From an uncultured Gammaproteobacteria bacterium (lineage in GTDB: Bacteria > Patescibacteriota > Microgenomatia > Levybacterales > UBA12049), in the NCBI GenBank assembly GCA_964416445.1, contig CAYQEE010000003.1, forward strand, positions 65,946-129,945: a stretch of 64,000 nucleotides of DNA. The letters are read 5' to 3'. This document shows positions 28,482-39,164 of the stretch, piece by piece (the stretch's first letter is position 1; every line of letters starts with the position of its first letter). Both the position numbers and the translations under genes were made by a program. Under the pieces are notes generated by a model. That model saw only the letters and a program-made list of their open reading frames with translations, did not search any database and was not told the origin of the DNA.

Positions 28482-28691
28482 TTAAATAGATATTGGAGGA
28501 GTAAGACGTTTAGAAAGTAACTGTTGAATTTGCTCTCTTCCTCGTTCGTTAACTGATTTTTCCTCATAATTGGTAAATTGTTCCCTTTTGGGTTTCTTAT
28601 TCCCTTTATGGATCCAAAGGTATTGAATTATTGCTAATACAATAATTAAAGCTAAACTTACATCAATCTGAAAAATTGTTTGAAGATTCAT
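28482..28691 (-). CDS. Small single-TM protein
   Basis: 69 aa, N-terminal hydrophobic helix followed by a charged tail. Confidence 0.5.
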   Translation of the reverse strand: MNLQTIFQIDVSLALIIVLAIIQYLWIHKGNKKPKREQFTNYEEKSVNERGREQIQQLLSKRLTPPISI

Positions 28692-28756
28692 AGTTTTATG
28701 ATAAACAAGTAAAATAATAAGATGAATTAAATAACGTAAGAAAATGAAATGAAAAC

Positions 28757-30070
28757 TTAGTTTGTGACGAGATCAAGAATAGAGGCTGCAGACCAAGCTT
28801 GCTGCCGGCAACTGACTTGGCCAGTTGGGCTTTTATATTCAATAAAGGTAGCATCTTGAGTTTTTATATACAGCTCTATTGGTGATTCGAAATATTTAAT
28901 CGGAGTTAAAGTCGCTTCTCTTAGAAGACGTGCATGCGTAGAAAACTTCCATTTTACTAAGCCTTCATGACTGAGGCCATTTAATTTTGGCCAAAAACTA
29001 CCATTATGATAAGAGTTCTGTGAACCATTGAATGTTTCGGAGCGCGTACTCATTGTTCGTATCCCTGCCGTAGGATCAAATAAGTCGTTTTGAAAAGATC
29101 TGTTTACCAAATCATTGACATATTTTGTGCTAAGTATTGATTCAGTAGCTTCAGATTCACTTGAATAACTTGCCCAGAGAAGTAATAAAGGATTTCCTGT
29201 AATTGTTTGAATTTGCTGTTTGTGCCCGTTTATTGCTTGAGCGGTAAAATAGTATTCCTGATCTTTAAAAAGAAACATTTTATTAAAGGTATTTTTCATA
29301 TTTTTTGCAAATTGTAATAATTTCTGGGAATAGTTCTTGTTTCTTACATAATTTGATGAATGGTCGGCATAAAAATTGCTCCACAATCGCAGTGCTAACC
29401 AAGCATATCCTTGAACTTCCACTGGTGCTATTGGATATACTGGGAAAATTCCATCTGCGCTTAAGAGTGATTCATGCGAGTCAGTCCAGGATTGTACACG
29501 CAAGCCTCCAAATTTGCGAGATTTATGAAATTCATATTCGAGAAGATAATCATGATCTTTATCACCATATTCCATAATCCAAGTAAGACCTTTATCAACT
29601 GCCGGTAGTATCTTCATGAGAAAGGATGAGTCCTCCGTGAGTTTCCAAAATCGATAGAGGGCAATTAAACACAAAGGGGTCGAATCTATAGAATCAAAAT
29701 TTCTCATAATACCATCGGGATAAATGTACCAAGGATTTTCTAAAGAAAGTAAGCGTTGATAATTATTTTTGCGATATTCGTGGATAAATTTTCCAGGTTC
29801 TTCTCCACTTTCTATTATTTCCTTTGTCCCCTGTAGATTCACAAGGGTCAAGAGTGAACGTCGGCAAATAGTAAATAATAATTCACGTTCTTGTGAAGAA
29901 AAAGCATTAACATTTTGAATTGCTTTCAAGATCTTTAAAATAGTAATTGCACTATCTCTCCCAAAAATGCAACCATAAACTTCATTCTTGCCCGAAGCAT
30001 AAATTCCTTCATCAGTGGAAAGATTAAAAATACAGTTGAGTACGATATTCCGTAAGGTTGAATTACTCAT
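28757..30070 (-). CDS. Amylo-alpha-1,6-glucosidase / glycogen-debranching-like (alpha/alpha)6 hydrolase
   Basis: FGRDS, EEPGKFIHE, DSIDSTPL, QSWTDS, EVQGY, YHNGSFWP, QAWSAA; start reset to ATG 30070 (track TTG is a TTGACA box). Confidence 0.85.
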   Translation of the reverse strand: MSNSTLRNIVLNCIFNLSTDEGIYASGKNEVYGCIFGRDSAITILKILKAIQNVNAFSSQERELLFTICRRSLLTLVNLQGTKEIIESGEEPGKFIHEYRKNNYQRLLSLENPWYIYPDGIMRNFDSIDSTPLCLIALYRFWKLTEDSSFLMKILPAVDKGLTWIMEYGDKDHDYLLEYEFHKSRKFGGLRVQSWTDSHESLLSADGIFPVYPIAPVEVQGYAWLALRLWSNFYADHSSNYVRNKNYSQKLLQFAKNMKNTFNKMFLFKDQEYYFTAQAINGHKQQIQTITGNPLLLLWASYSSESEATESILSTKYVNDLVNRSFQNDLFDPTAGIRTMSTRSETFNGSQNSYHNGSFWPKLNGLSHEGLVKWKFSTHARLLREATLTPIKYFESPIELYIKTQDATFIEYKSPTGQVSCRQQAWSAASILDLVTN

Positions 30071-30138
30071 GTTTAGATAAAAGTAGGGTACTAATAACCT
30101 TAGCAAACAGGAGAAAAATGTCAAGATGTGTGTGGAGA

Positions 30139-31239
30139 TTACGAAATATCAGAGTGCTTCAATTGATAATGATTTGTACTATTTTGTATAATTTTAGTAT
30201 TTGTTTGTTTCAGTTTCTCATGAATAATTTGCTTATATATTTTTTCATATTCTTCAGACATTTTTATCGCATTGAAGTTTTCTAATACATGTCTCCGACA
30301 GTCTATTCGCTTAATTTTTTCAATTTGTGTGACCGAATATACCATTTCTTCAGTATCTTCTACAATAAAGCCGGTTTTCCCATGTTTGATAATTTCAGGT
30401 ATTGATCCCCTGCGAAAAGCAATTACTGGACACCCGCATGCCATTGATTCAATGAGTGTTAAACCAAATGGCTCTCGCCACATAACAGGATGAAGGAATG
30501 CTAAGGCTTTACTCATTAACTGATTTCGTTCTTCTTCATTAACTTCGCCAATGAATTGTATCTTTTGGTTTAAAAATGGTTTTATCCTTACCTCAAAATA
30601 TTTTATATCGTCTGGATCTACTTTCCCTGCGAGTATTAACGGCAAATTAAGATATTTAGCAACGGTAAGTGCTTGATGGACGCCTTTTGCTTCAGTAATT
30701 CGTCCAACATACAATAAATAGCCCTCGCTTTGTTCAGAGAACGGGTACGTTTCCATATTTAGACCATGATAAACCGTACCGATATAATTAAGATAAGGTA
30801 TTGGCTTTCTTTGCGCATTTGAAATACTTACATAAAAAGGGCCAGTAAATGAATCATAATCTCGTTTTGTTAATAAGTTAAATGCAGAATGTAGTGTCAT
30901 AACGACAGGAGTTCTTGATTGTGAAGCAAAAGGCAAACTTATATAGCCTAAATGATCATGGATTATGTCAAATTTATCTTGCATTTCATAGGCTTTACCG
31001 ACATGTAAAAGAGATATTGGATTTGGATTGAAAGGATTTGGAAAATGTTCTTCTACAAGTGATTGAGGATAAAATGAAATAAGTTTTGCTGAGGTAAGTG
31101 AGTCGCCCGTTGCAAAAAGAGTAACATCATGTCCTTTTTTAATTAATTCCTCAGTTAGCGTATAGACAATTCTTTCTGTACCACCATATTTTTGCGGAGG
31201 TACCCGTAATGCGATTGGCGCAATTTGAGCGATTCTCAT
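30139..31239 (-). CDS. GT4 glycosyltransferase
   Basis: MRIAQIAP...YGGTE, GRITEAKG, EPFGLTLIESMACG. Confidence 0.92.
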   Translation of the reverse strand: MRIAQIAPIALRVPPQKYGGTERIVYTLTEELIKKGHDVTLFATGDSLTSAKLISFYPQSLVEEHFPNPFNPNPISLLHVGKAYEMQDKFDIIHDHLGYISLPFASQSRTPVVMTLHSAFNLLTKRDYDSFTGPFYVSISNAQRKPIPYLNYIGTVYHGLNMETYPFSEQSEGYLLYVGRITEAKGVHQALTVAKYLNLPLILAGKVDPDDIKYFEVRIKPFLNQKIQFIGEVNEEERNQLMSKALAFLHPVMWREPFGLTLIESMACGCPVIAFRRGSIPEIIKHGKTGFIVEDTEEMVYSVTQIEKIKRIDCRRHVLENFNAIKMSEEYEKIYKQIIHEKLKQTNTKIIQNSTNHYQLKHSDIS

Positions 31240-31326
31240 ATGATTATTATTTCTAATCAACGTAAGTGGAAAACCAGTTATTGGTAAGAAAGGTGTAATG
31301 TGATTACTGTGGTAAGTTAATGAATA

Positions 31327-31818
31327 TTAGTTAGTTTGTAGAGTAATAGAATTTGAATTAGAAATAGATGAACTATTATCGTTTGTTATTGAGATGCTTG
31401 GGTTTGAATTTTGAGTAACACTCTGGGATTGGTTATTGTTGTTCATATTACTATTATAGTTACTATTGTCGTATTCTACAGAGAAAATTGGTGTAGATAT
31501 TTCAACGGGAGGATGAACAATAGTAATAATTGGTTCATCAACAACTTCATGAGAATTCTCATTATCATACAAAGTTTGTGTAATTGGTGGAATAAGAGTG
31601 TTCACATTACAATCTGAATTGCAGTTACCTTCGGTTTCTTTTTGTGCATTTTGATCATTTTTTCCTTTATTTTTTTTAGTATCTGTATTTGAAGTTACTT
31701 TTCTGTCTTGAACATGTACTTGGGAAGCAATCGATTGTATCGTAAAAGGAACGCCAATGATGATGCCTGATACTATCAGTGTGCCTACGAAATGAGTATA
31801 ACGATGATTAAATGTCAT
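31327..31818 (-). CDS. Exported low-complexity (Asn/Ser-rich) hypothetical protein
   Basis: N-terminal hydrophobic helix; preceded by a perfect promoter. Confidence 0.55.
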   Translation of the reverse strand: MTFNHRYTHFVGTLIVSGIIIGVPFTIQSIASQVHVQDRKVTSNTDTKKNKGKNDQNAQKETEGNCNSDCNVNTLIPPITQTLYDNENSHEVVDEPIITIVHPPVEISTPIFSVEYDNSNYNSNMNNNNQSQSVTQNSNPSISITNDNSSSISNSNSITLQTN

Positions 31819-31868
31819 ATTGGATAGAAAAACGCATCATTATTGTCTGATGAATTCTCTAGGCAGTA

Positions 31869-31897
31869 ATTATATGGGACTAAATAATACTTGTCAA
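31869..31897 (-). promoter_or_regulatory. Consensus sigma70 promoter
   Basis: TTGACA (31897-31892)-17 nt-TATAAT (31874-31869) on the minus strand. Confidence 0.8.
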
Positions 31898-31916
31898 GAA
31901 GATCTCTATAAGCCTA

Positions 31917-32498
31917 TTATTTGCTCGTTTCTTGGTGATATATACTTGGGATATTATTTCTACCCCACTGCAGGCTCCTTGCCATCCAGATAAGCTCCGT
32001 GTAAGAACGCTGAATACGTTTTATATATGCTTGATCAATTATTTCATTTTTTTCATCAAATAAATTCTGTACTTGTGGAAAATATAAATCTGAAAATGTA
32101 GCTACCATTCCCATTTCACGGACAGTCCCAGTTAAAGCTTCAATTGCCCTTGCACCTCCAAAGATACCATTAGAAACTCCTGCAAAAGCTACTGGTTTGT
32201 GAATGTAATTTTGTAATTCACTATCTAACATGCGTTTCAAGGTTCCAGGAAAACTATGATTATATTCAGGGGTAACGATAAAAAATGCGTCTGCTTTCTT
32301 TGTAAGTTCAGAATATCGAGGATCTTTATTTTCTGGATCATTACCATCAAAAGGAAATTTGAAATTAGCTGGATCAACGAGTTCGACAGTTATCCCTTCC
32401 ATAGACTTTCCTACTGTTTCTATAAGTTTTGCAGGTTTAATAGATTGTCTTCTCGGTCGAGTTGTTCCTAAAAGTATAGGAATAAATAAATTTTCCAT
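31917..32498 (-). CDS. NADPH-dependent FMN reductase
   Basis: LGTTRPRRQS, VTPEYNHSFPGTLK, GGARA; start reset to ATG 32498. Confidence 0.9.
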   Translation of the reverse strand: MENLFIPILLGTTRPRRQSIKPAKLIETVGKSMEGITVELVDPANFKFPFDGNDPENKDPRYSELTKKADAFFIVTPEYNHSFPGTLKRMLDSELQNYIHKPVAFAGVSNGIFGGARAIEALTGTVREMGMVATFSDLYFPQVQNLFDEKNEIIDQAYIKRIQRSYTELIWMARSLQWGRNNIPSIYHQETSK

Positions 32499-32702
32499 AG
32501 CGTCATTATTACGTAACCTCTTAGAATTGTAAAGCTTGAATTTATCCTCAGATCTTCTTGACGCTACCCATACTCCGTTATATGATACAAATATGATTTC
32601 TAAAAAAAGAACTATGGGGTACACAATGTCAGTTTGTTGATCCAGATGGGAATACCTTCTTAATTAGTTCTGAATAATTTTATAGAGAATTCAGTTTTAT
32701 TC

Positions 32703-33764
32703 ATGAAAATTATATCTGCTCTACCATTGTGGATTAAGAAGCATAAGGTTATTATGCTTGTTGCTATACTACTCGTTCTTGGTTTAGGATTATTTTTACG
32801 TCCAAAATCACCTCCTACTCTTGATCTACAAACTGTCTCTCGTACCAATCTTGTTCAGTCGGTATCGGTAAGCGGTGCAGTTGCAGCAAAAAAAATCGCT
32901 AACTTGTCGTTTATCACTTCCGGACTACTTACGTTTATAGGAGCTCAAGAAGGAGATATGGTAAAGGCAGGACAAATAGTAGCGACAATTGATCAACGTA
33001 CGGTTGAAAAAAATATTCAAAATGCGGTCGATGCTTATGAAATTCAAAAAGTTTCTTATAATAATGTTAATGATTTTAATGGAGACCGAGCATTAAGCGA
33101 TACTGGACTTAGTATTGCAGCAAGAAGACAACTTGAAACAGCGGCAGATTCTCTTGATCAAGCAAAAGTTGCCCTTGATATTCAACAAATTGCCCAGCAA
33201 CAATCAGTAATTACCTCTCCGATTGATGGGATATTAACTCGTTTAGATGCAAAAACAGTAGGTATGAATGTTACCCCAACAATGGTGTTTATGGTAGTTG
33301 ACCCGAAAAGTTTGGTTTTTGATATGGATGTAGATGAAGCAGATATTGGGAAAGTTACTTTAAATCAACTCGTTAAAATAAATTTAGACCCGTATCCAGA
33401 TTCCACGCTCTCATTTCAGGTGAGTAATATCGATTTTGTAAGTCATACAACTACTAATGGTGGAAATGCCTTTACAGTCGAAGTTAAGTTACCAACTGAT
33501 AATGTCGGAAAATATAGAGTCGGGATGAACGGTAATGCTGAGATAATTACTGGTGAACATGATCACGTTCTTACTGTACCCCAAGCGAGTTTAGTTAATA
33601 ACGATAGTGTATTTGTCAAAGTTGCTAGAGGTTATGAGAAAAAACGTGTAACACTTGGATTACAGAATGATGTTGATGTAGAAGTAACAAAGGGATTACA
33701 AGAGGGAGATAAAGTAGTATTACAGCCAGATAAAGTTCCACAAAATCAAGTGGTTCAAGGATAG
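32703..33764 (+). CDS. MacA/YknX-like membrane fusion protein
   Basis: EGDMVKAGQ, ITSPIDG, VDEADIGKV, GLQEGDKV. Confidence 0.88.
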   Translation: MKIISALPLWIKKHKVIMLVAILLVLGLGLFLRPKSPPTLDLQTVSRTNLVQSVSVSGAVAAKKIANLSFITSGLLTFIGAQEGDMVKAGQIVATIDQRTVEKNIQNAVDAYEIQKVSYNNVNDFNGDRALSDTGLSIAARRQLETAADSLDQAKVALDIQQIAQQQSVITSPIDGILTRLDAKTVGMNVTPTMVFMVVDPKSLVFDMDVDEADIGKVTLNQLVKINLDPYPDSTLSFQVSNIDFVSHTTTNGGNAFTVEVKLPTDNVGKYRVGMNGNAEIITGEHDHVLTVPQASLVNNDSVFVKVARGYEKKRVTLGLQNDVDVEVTKGLQEGDKVVLQPDKVPQNQVVQG

Positions 33765-33777
33765 TGAGAAATGCTTC

Positions 33778-34470
33778 ATGAAATCATTAGAACCGATCAT
33801 TCGTTTAACTGAAATAAAAAAAGAGTATATTTCTGGTGATGTTATTACCGAAGTTTTAAAAGGAATATCCTTATTAGTATATAAAGGTGATTTTATTGCA
33901 ATCACTGGCCCTTCCGGTAGTGGAAAATCAACATTAATGAATATTTTAGGATTACTTGATAGTCCATCAGCTGGTACTTATGTATTGAATACGGAGAATG
34001 TTACTGGGTTATCTGAGGATAAACTTGCATTTGTAAGAAATCGAGAAATAGGATTTGTTTTTCAATCATTTAATTTATTACCACGTGCCTCAGCAATTGA
34101 TAATGTTATGTTACCCGCAATATATTCAGGTATGGACGCAAAAAAAAGAGAAAGTCGAGCATTAGATTTGCTCTCTCAATTAGGTTTAAAAGAGAGAATT
34201 AATAATCATCCGAATCAATTGTCAGGAGGGCAACAACAACGGGTTGCTATTGCGCGGGCATTAATGAATGATCCTGAAATTATTTTAGCAGATGAACCAA
34301 CGGGAAATTTAGATACCAAATCAGGTACTGATGTTATGAATATCTTAAAAACATTAAATAATAATGGAAAAACAATTGTGCTCATAACTCATGAACATGA
34401 TATAGCAAAACAAGCGAAAAAAATAATTTTTGTGCGTGACGGCATAATCCAGAAAAAAGGAGATATTTAA
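33778..34470 (+). CDS. ABC transporter ATP-binding subunit (MacB/LolD-like)
   Basis: [29 protein letters not shown]. Confidence 0.95.
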   Translation: MKSLEPIIRLTEIKKEYISGDVITEVLKGISLLVYKGDFIAITGPSGSGKSTLMNILGLLDSPSAGTYVLNTENVTGLSEDKLAFVRNREIGFVFQSFNLLPRASAIDNVMLPAIYSGMDAKKRESRALDLLSQLGLKERINNHPNQLSGGQQQRVAIARALMNDPEIILADEPTGNLDTKSGTDVMNILKTLNNNGKTIVLITHEHDIAKQAKKIIFVRDGIIQKKGDI

Positions 34471-34471
34471 A

Positions 34472-35662
34472 ATGGGATTTGTACAATTATTACAGCTTGC
34501 GTGGGGTGCGTTAATTACTAATAAATTACGAAGTGTTTTGACAACATTAGGCATAATTATTGGCGTTTTTGCCATAATTTTACTTGTTTCACTTGGCTCA
34601 GGTCTTCAAGATTATATAACTAATCAAATTTCTGGATTAGGGTCTAATCTCCTTTTTATCATTCCAGGTCCTGCTGGAGGAGCTCGAACACCTGGAGGTA
34701 TTGTTGCGAATAAACTTGTTCTTTCTGATGCTGAAACACTCAGTAGCCAGTTACATGCAGTCGCAAATGTTGCTCCTCTTATCCAGAAATCTATTACCGT
34801 AAAGTATAAAAATAGAACTGATAAAGGGGTTGCAGTCGCTGGTAGCACGTATAATTATAATCAAATAATTAACATTGCTATAGATCATGGTTCTGGTTTT
34901 ACGCAAGGTCAACAACGTTCTGGTGCACGAGTGGCTATTATTGGGGAAACAGTAGTGACGAAACTCTTTCCTAATGAGAATGCGCTTAGTAAAACAATTC
35001 TTGTAGGAAATAATCGATATACAATAATTGGCATTTTTGCAAGACGTGGATCAGTATTTGGATTAGATCAAGATAATGCATTGCTTATCCCGATTACAGT
35101 TGCTCAACAGCAATTTGGTATCACAAATGTTAATGTGATTTATCTATCGGCAAAAAATCCGGATTTGGTGACCTTTGTTCAGAAAGAAGCTGAGAAGATA
35201 CTTTTACGAAGATTAACATCAGACGATTTTAACATTCAAACTCAAGAGTCAGCACTTTCAACAATTACAAATGTAACGAATGTATTATCGATTGCTTTAG
35301 GTGGAATTGCATCTATTTCTCTTTTAGTTGGTGGAATTGGTGTTGCTAATATCATGTTAGTTTCTGTTACTGAACGGACTCGTGAAATAGGATTGAGAAA
35401 AGCACTTGGAGCAAGAAGAATAGATATTCTCAAACAGTTTCTTTTCGAAGCAATCATTCTGTCACTTGTCGGAGGAATTATTGGAATTGTCTTAGGAATA
35501 GGTGCTTCTCTTATTATTTCGATTTTTTTTGTATCGCAAGTAACACCTTGGTCGGTTTTTCTTGCATTTTTCTTTTCAATAGCTGTTGGAGTTGTTTTTG
35601 GTATGGCTCCTGCTATTAAAGCATCAAAGCTTTCACCGATTGAAGCTCTTAGATATGAGTAA
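34472..35662 (+). CDS. ABC permease, MacB/FtsX family
   Basis: NKLRSVLTTLGIIIG, GGIGVANIMLVSVTERTREIGLRKALGA, PIEALRYE. Confidence 0.95.
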   Translation: MGFVQLLQLAWGALITNKLRSVLTTLGIIIGVFAIILLVSLGSGLQDYITNQISGLGSNLLFIIPGPAGGARTPGGIVANKLVLSDAETLSSQLHAVANVAPLIQKSITVKYKNRTDKGVAVAGSTYNYNQIINIAIDHGSGFTQGQQRSGARVAIIGETVVTKLFPNENALSKTILVGNNRYTIIGIFARRGSVFGLDQDNALLIPITVAQQQFGITNVNVIYLSAKNPDLVTFVQKEAEKILLRRLTSDDFNIQTQESALSTITNVTNVLSIALGGIASISLLVGGIGVANIMLVSVTERTREIGLRKALGARRIDILKQFLFEAIILSLVGGIIGIVLGIGASLIISIFFVSQVTPWSVFLAFFFSIAVGVVFGMAPAIKASKLSPIEALRYE

Positions 35663-35768
35663 AATTAGTGACTTGTTTATTTACTTGCTGACGTTATTTT
35701 AAGTCTCACATGAATAGTAATAATTCTCAATTTAAACGATATGGGTATTGATGGAAATGACAATTCTA

Positions 35769-37589
35769 TTAATTATTTCGCTGGTTTCTTACACGATCAA
35801 TTCGTGAAAGGAATTTTTTTCTTGGGCGTAAATTCAAAGGTGTCACTTCTAATAATTCGTCTTCTTCAATAAAATCCAAATATTGTTCTAAGCTCATTTT
35901 TAAAGGTGGAGTTAAAATGATAGCAATATCTCCTGTTGATGCACGCATATTGGTTAATTTTTTACCCTTAATGACATTAATTTCAATATCATCACGACGA
36001 GAGTTTAAACCAACGATCATTCCTTCATAGACGGGTGTACCAGGTTCAATAAAGGATATACCTCTCTCTTGTACGGTTGTTAAACCGTAACTTAATGCTG
36101 TTCCCGACTCCGCTGCAATGAGGACTCCGTTTCGTATTTTATCAAGAGCTGGCTTAATAGGTTGAAAACTATCAAATAAGGTATTAATAACTGCGGTACC
36201 TTTTGTATTAGTAAGCAAAACACTGCGTATTCCCAAAAGGTTTTTAGAAGGTATTTTATATTCAAGTCTCGTATTCCCCTTATGATCAGGAACCATATTA
36301 GTCATATCTCCTCTTCGAACTCCAAGTTCTTGGGTTACTGCACCGACATAATTGTCTGGTATATCAATAAAGACATCTTCTACTGGTTCTAATTCAACAT
36401 CATCAACAATTTTCGTTATCACTTGTGGTTTGCTTACTTCAAATTCGTAGCCTTCGCGGCGAAGCGTTTCTATGAGAACCGATAAGTGAAGTTCTCCTCT
36501 GCCTGAGACAAGAAAACGATCTCCCGCAATTTCTAGCCGAAGACTTACGTTGGTTTCGAGTTCCTTTTGTAGACGCTCAAGTATCTGTCGTGAGTTAGTA
36601 AATTTACCTTCTTTTCCGTTAAAAGGAGAAGTATTAGGCCCAATAGCAATTTTTATAGTTGGCTCTTCAACTGAAATTCGTGGCAATGGACTTGGGTCAT
36701 TAGAATCAGCTACTGTATCTCCTATGGTAGCTCCTGCGACTCCCGTGATATCAACAATATCTCCTGCAGGTGCTGATTCTACTTCAGTTTTTTTTAATCC
36801 ATGAGTAATATAAATAGTTTCTATTCGAGCTGAATTTTTTGAACCATCTTCTTTCAAAAGTACTACAGACTGACCTTTTGTTATTTTTCCTCGTTTTACT
36901 CGTCCGATAATATGTTTGCCTTTATGACTATCATAATCAAGTGAAGTGACCAGGAGTTGTAGAGATCCTTCCTCAATTACTGGTCCAGGAATAGTTGTCA
37001 GAATGGTTTCAAAGAGTGGTGTAAGCGATGTGGAAGTTCTTGCTTCTTGTTCTGTGTGACCTGCTTTTCCTTCTCTACCAATTGCATAAATAACAGGAAA
37101 ATCAAGTTGGTCTTCATGGGTAGCAAGTTCTAAAAATAAATCATGAGTTCTACTCAATGTATCTTGAATATTTGCGAGTGGTTTATCAATTTTATTAATA
37201 ACTACGATAATTTTTAGTCCTAGTTCTATTGCTTTTTTTAAAACGAACTTTGTTTGAGGCATTGGTCCTTCTTGTGCATCGATAATAAGAAGTGCTCCAT
37301 CTGCCATATTGAGTGTCCGCTCTACTTCTCCAGAAAAGTCGGCGTGGCCAGGAGTATCTATAATGTTAATTTTCGTATTGTTATAATCAATAGCGGTATT
37401 TTTAGCTAAAATAGTGATTCCTCGTTCTCTCTCTAATGGATTGGAATCGAGAATAGTTGTTTGCAGCATTTCAGCTTCGTTATCCCGAAAGGTATGTGAT
37501 TGTTTTAAGAGAAAATCTACAAGAGTGGTTTTCCCATGATCAACGTGAGCAATAATGGCAATATTTCTGATATTTTGAGACTGGTTCAT
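35769..37589 (-). CDS. typA: Ribosome-associated GTPase TypA/BipA
   Basis: IAHVDHGKTT, ERGITI, DTPGHADF, NKID, GRGELHL, KKLTNMRAS. Confidence 0.97.
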   Translation of the reverse strand: MNQSQNIRNIAIIAHVDHGKTTLVDFLLKQSHTFRDNEAEMLQTTILDSNPLERERGITILAKNTAIDYNNTKINIIDTPGHADFSGEVERTLNMADGALLIIDAQEGPMPQTKFVLKKAIELGLKIIVVINKIDKPLANIQDTLSRTHDLFLELATHEDQLDFPVIYAIGREGKAGHTEQEARTSTSLTPLFETILTTIPGPVIEEGSLQLLVTSLDYDSHKGKHIIGRVKRGKITKGQSVVLLKEDGSKNSARIETIYITHGLKKTEVESAPAGDIVDITGVAGATIGDTVADSNDPSPLPRISVEEPTIKIAIGPNTSPFNGKEGKFTNSRQILERLQKELETNVSLRLEIAGDRFLVSGRGELHLSVLIETLRREGYEFEVSKPQVITKIVDDVELEPVEDVFIDIPDNYVGAVTQELGVRRGDMTNMVPDHKGNTRLEYKIPSKNLLGIRSVLLTNTKGTAVINTLFDSFQPIKPALDKIRNGVLIAAESGTALSYGLTTVQERGISFIEPGTPVYEGMIVGLNSRRDDIEINVIKGKKLTNMRASTGDIAIILTPPLKMSLEQYLDFIEEDELLEVTPLNLRPRKKFLSRIDRVRNQRNN

Positions 37590-37590
37590 A

Positions 37591-37635
37591 ATAAAAATGG
37601 CGCAAAGTTGCGCAATACATAATCTTATTATACCA
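37591..37635 (-). promoter_or_regulatory. typA promoter and leader with hairpin
   Basis: TG-g-TATAAT (37635-37627); GCGCAA-ct-TTGCGC hairpin at 37600-37613 followed by CATTTTTATT. Confidence 0.65.
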
Positions 37636-37645
37636 TAAATTCATC

Positions 37646-38140
37646 ATGATAGGTTATTTTAAGCGTATTGGTTCTCTCTACAATAGTCATATTCGTGGAC
37701 ATCATGAAGAACCACGCTTCTTAATAATTATGTCATTTACCTTTACGTTTATTCTTGCTAGACTCATTGTTTATAATATTCGTTTTCATATTATTCCTTT
37801 TATTCCAACTCGAACAATCTATATTCACCAAATTCATATTCATCATTTAGTATTTGGAATCATATTGTTAATAATTGCTGGATTTATACGTATACCTCAG
37901 TTTGGAAAAGAATTAATGCGATTATCATCGATTCTTTATGGTATGGGCGCAGCATTAACACTTGATGAATTTTCACTTTGGTTACGATTTAATCCTGATG
38001 CCTACTGGGGTCCTCAAGGAAGACTTAGTATTGATGCAGTCATCCTATTTATACTGATTATGTTAACAAGCATGTGGCATGGAACCTTTTGGCGTAGGCT
38101 TTTTAACTTGACTGTTCGCGTATTCTTTAAAAAAAAATAG
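37646..38140 (+). CDS. Integral membrane protein of unknown function
   Basis: Four TM helices; HIHHLVFGI and GAALTLDEFSLW motifs. Confidence 0.75.
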   Translation: MIGYFKRIGSLYNSHIRGHHEEPRFLIIMSFTFTFILARLIVYNIRFHIIPFIPTRTIYIHQIHIHHLVFGIILLIIAGFIRIPQFGKELMRLSSILYGMGAALTLDEFSLWLRFNPDAYWGPQGRLSIDAVILFILIMLTSMWHGTFWRRLFNLTVRVFFKKK

Positions 38141-38160
38141 TATTCTGATAGACTTATTTC

Positions 38161-39090
38161 ATGTTAGCCAAGAAGTTAAACTTGAAGGTTCTTTTGTTGT
38201 TATTCTTATTAGGAGGGATTACGAGTGTAGGTTTTTTCATAAAACATAGTTCTTCATTAAGGCCAAAAAAGATACTTTCTAAATCTATATTACAAAAACA
38301 TGTTCTAGGAACTGGCAGTCAGTTAGTTCCTACAATTAAATTTACTCTTTTGCCTTCATCAGCATCAACAACAGTAACGGTTCAGCCAACGGTGTATTCT
38401 GGCTATTGCATGAAAGTGCCAGTGCTTATGTACCACCATGTTGCGCCTACTGTACTTGCTTTAGCGAAAGGATTTTCTTCACTAAATGTTGATAGTAATT
38501 CATTTGATCAGCAAATGGGGTATCTTGCAACACATGGATATACGTCAATTTTCGCTTCAACGTTGGTAAATGCATTGCATAATCATACCCCGCTTGCTTC
38601 AAAAAGTATTGTAGTAACATTGGATGATGGTTACCAAGATGTTTATGATTACGCGTTTCCGTCTGCCAAAAAATATAATATAAAACTTAGCCTTATGATT
38701 CCAACGGGACTTTTAGGTGTTAATGCTGGTACAAATAGCTATTACAGTTGGGCGGAATTACACGATATGATGAGTACTGGTTTGGTAGAACCAGACAATC
38801 ATACTTTTTCGCATTATGCCATGGGAACGCAAGGAATAACGAAAGATCAATTTGAAGTATCTACTGCGCAACAACAGTTACATTCTAATGTTGGAATAAC
38901 TCCCATTGTTTTCGCTTGGCCGTATGGAACAAATGCAGCAAAATCTTCGTTATATCCTACTTTACAACAAAATGGAATTATTGGAGCATTTTCTACAATA
39001 GTAGGTTCTTATCAATGTGATTCATTTATGTATAGTCTTCATAGAACCCGAGTAGGAAGTATATCCTTTCCGGCATATGGTATAAATTAA
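38161..39090 (+). CDS. Polysaccharide deacetylase (CE4, IcaB/PgaB-like), membrane anchored
   Basis: VPVLMYH, TLDDGY, HTFSH, AWPYG. Confidence 0.9.
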   Translation: MLAKKLNLKVLLLLFLLGGITSVGFFIKHSSSLRPKKILSKSILQKHVLGTGSQLVPTIKFTLLPSSASTTVTVQPTVYSGYCMKVPVLMYHHVAPTVLALAKGFSSLNVDSNSFDQQMGYLATHGYTSIFASTLVNALHNHTPLASKSIVVTLDDGYQDVYDYAFPSAKKYNIKLSLMIPTGLLGVNAGTNSYYSWAELHDMMSTGLVEPDNHTFSHYAMGTQGITKDQFEVSTAQQQLHSNVGITPIVFAWPYGTNAAKSSLYPTLQQNGIIGAFSTIVGSYQCDSFMYSLHRTRVGSISFPAYGIN

Positions 39091-39164
39091 TGTTATCATG
39101 CTAAATATCAGTATGATATCTTATGACATATTTATTTTCGTGAATAATTTACATATAGTATAGT

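Noticed and set aside
39095-39118. Imperfect inverted repeat upstream of the DinB-like gene as an SOS box
   Set aside because: It matches no LexA consensus I know and could simply be the terminator of the deacetylase gene
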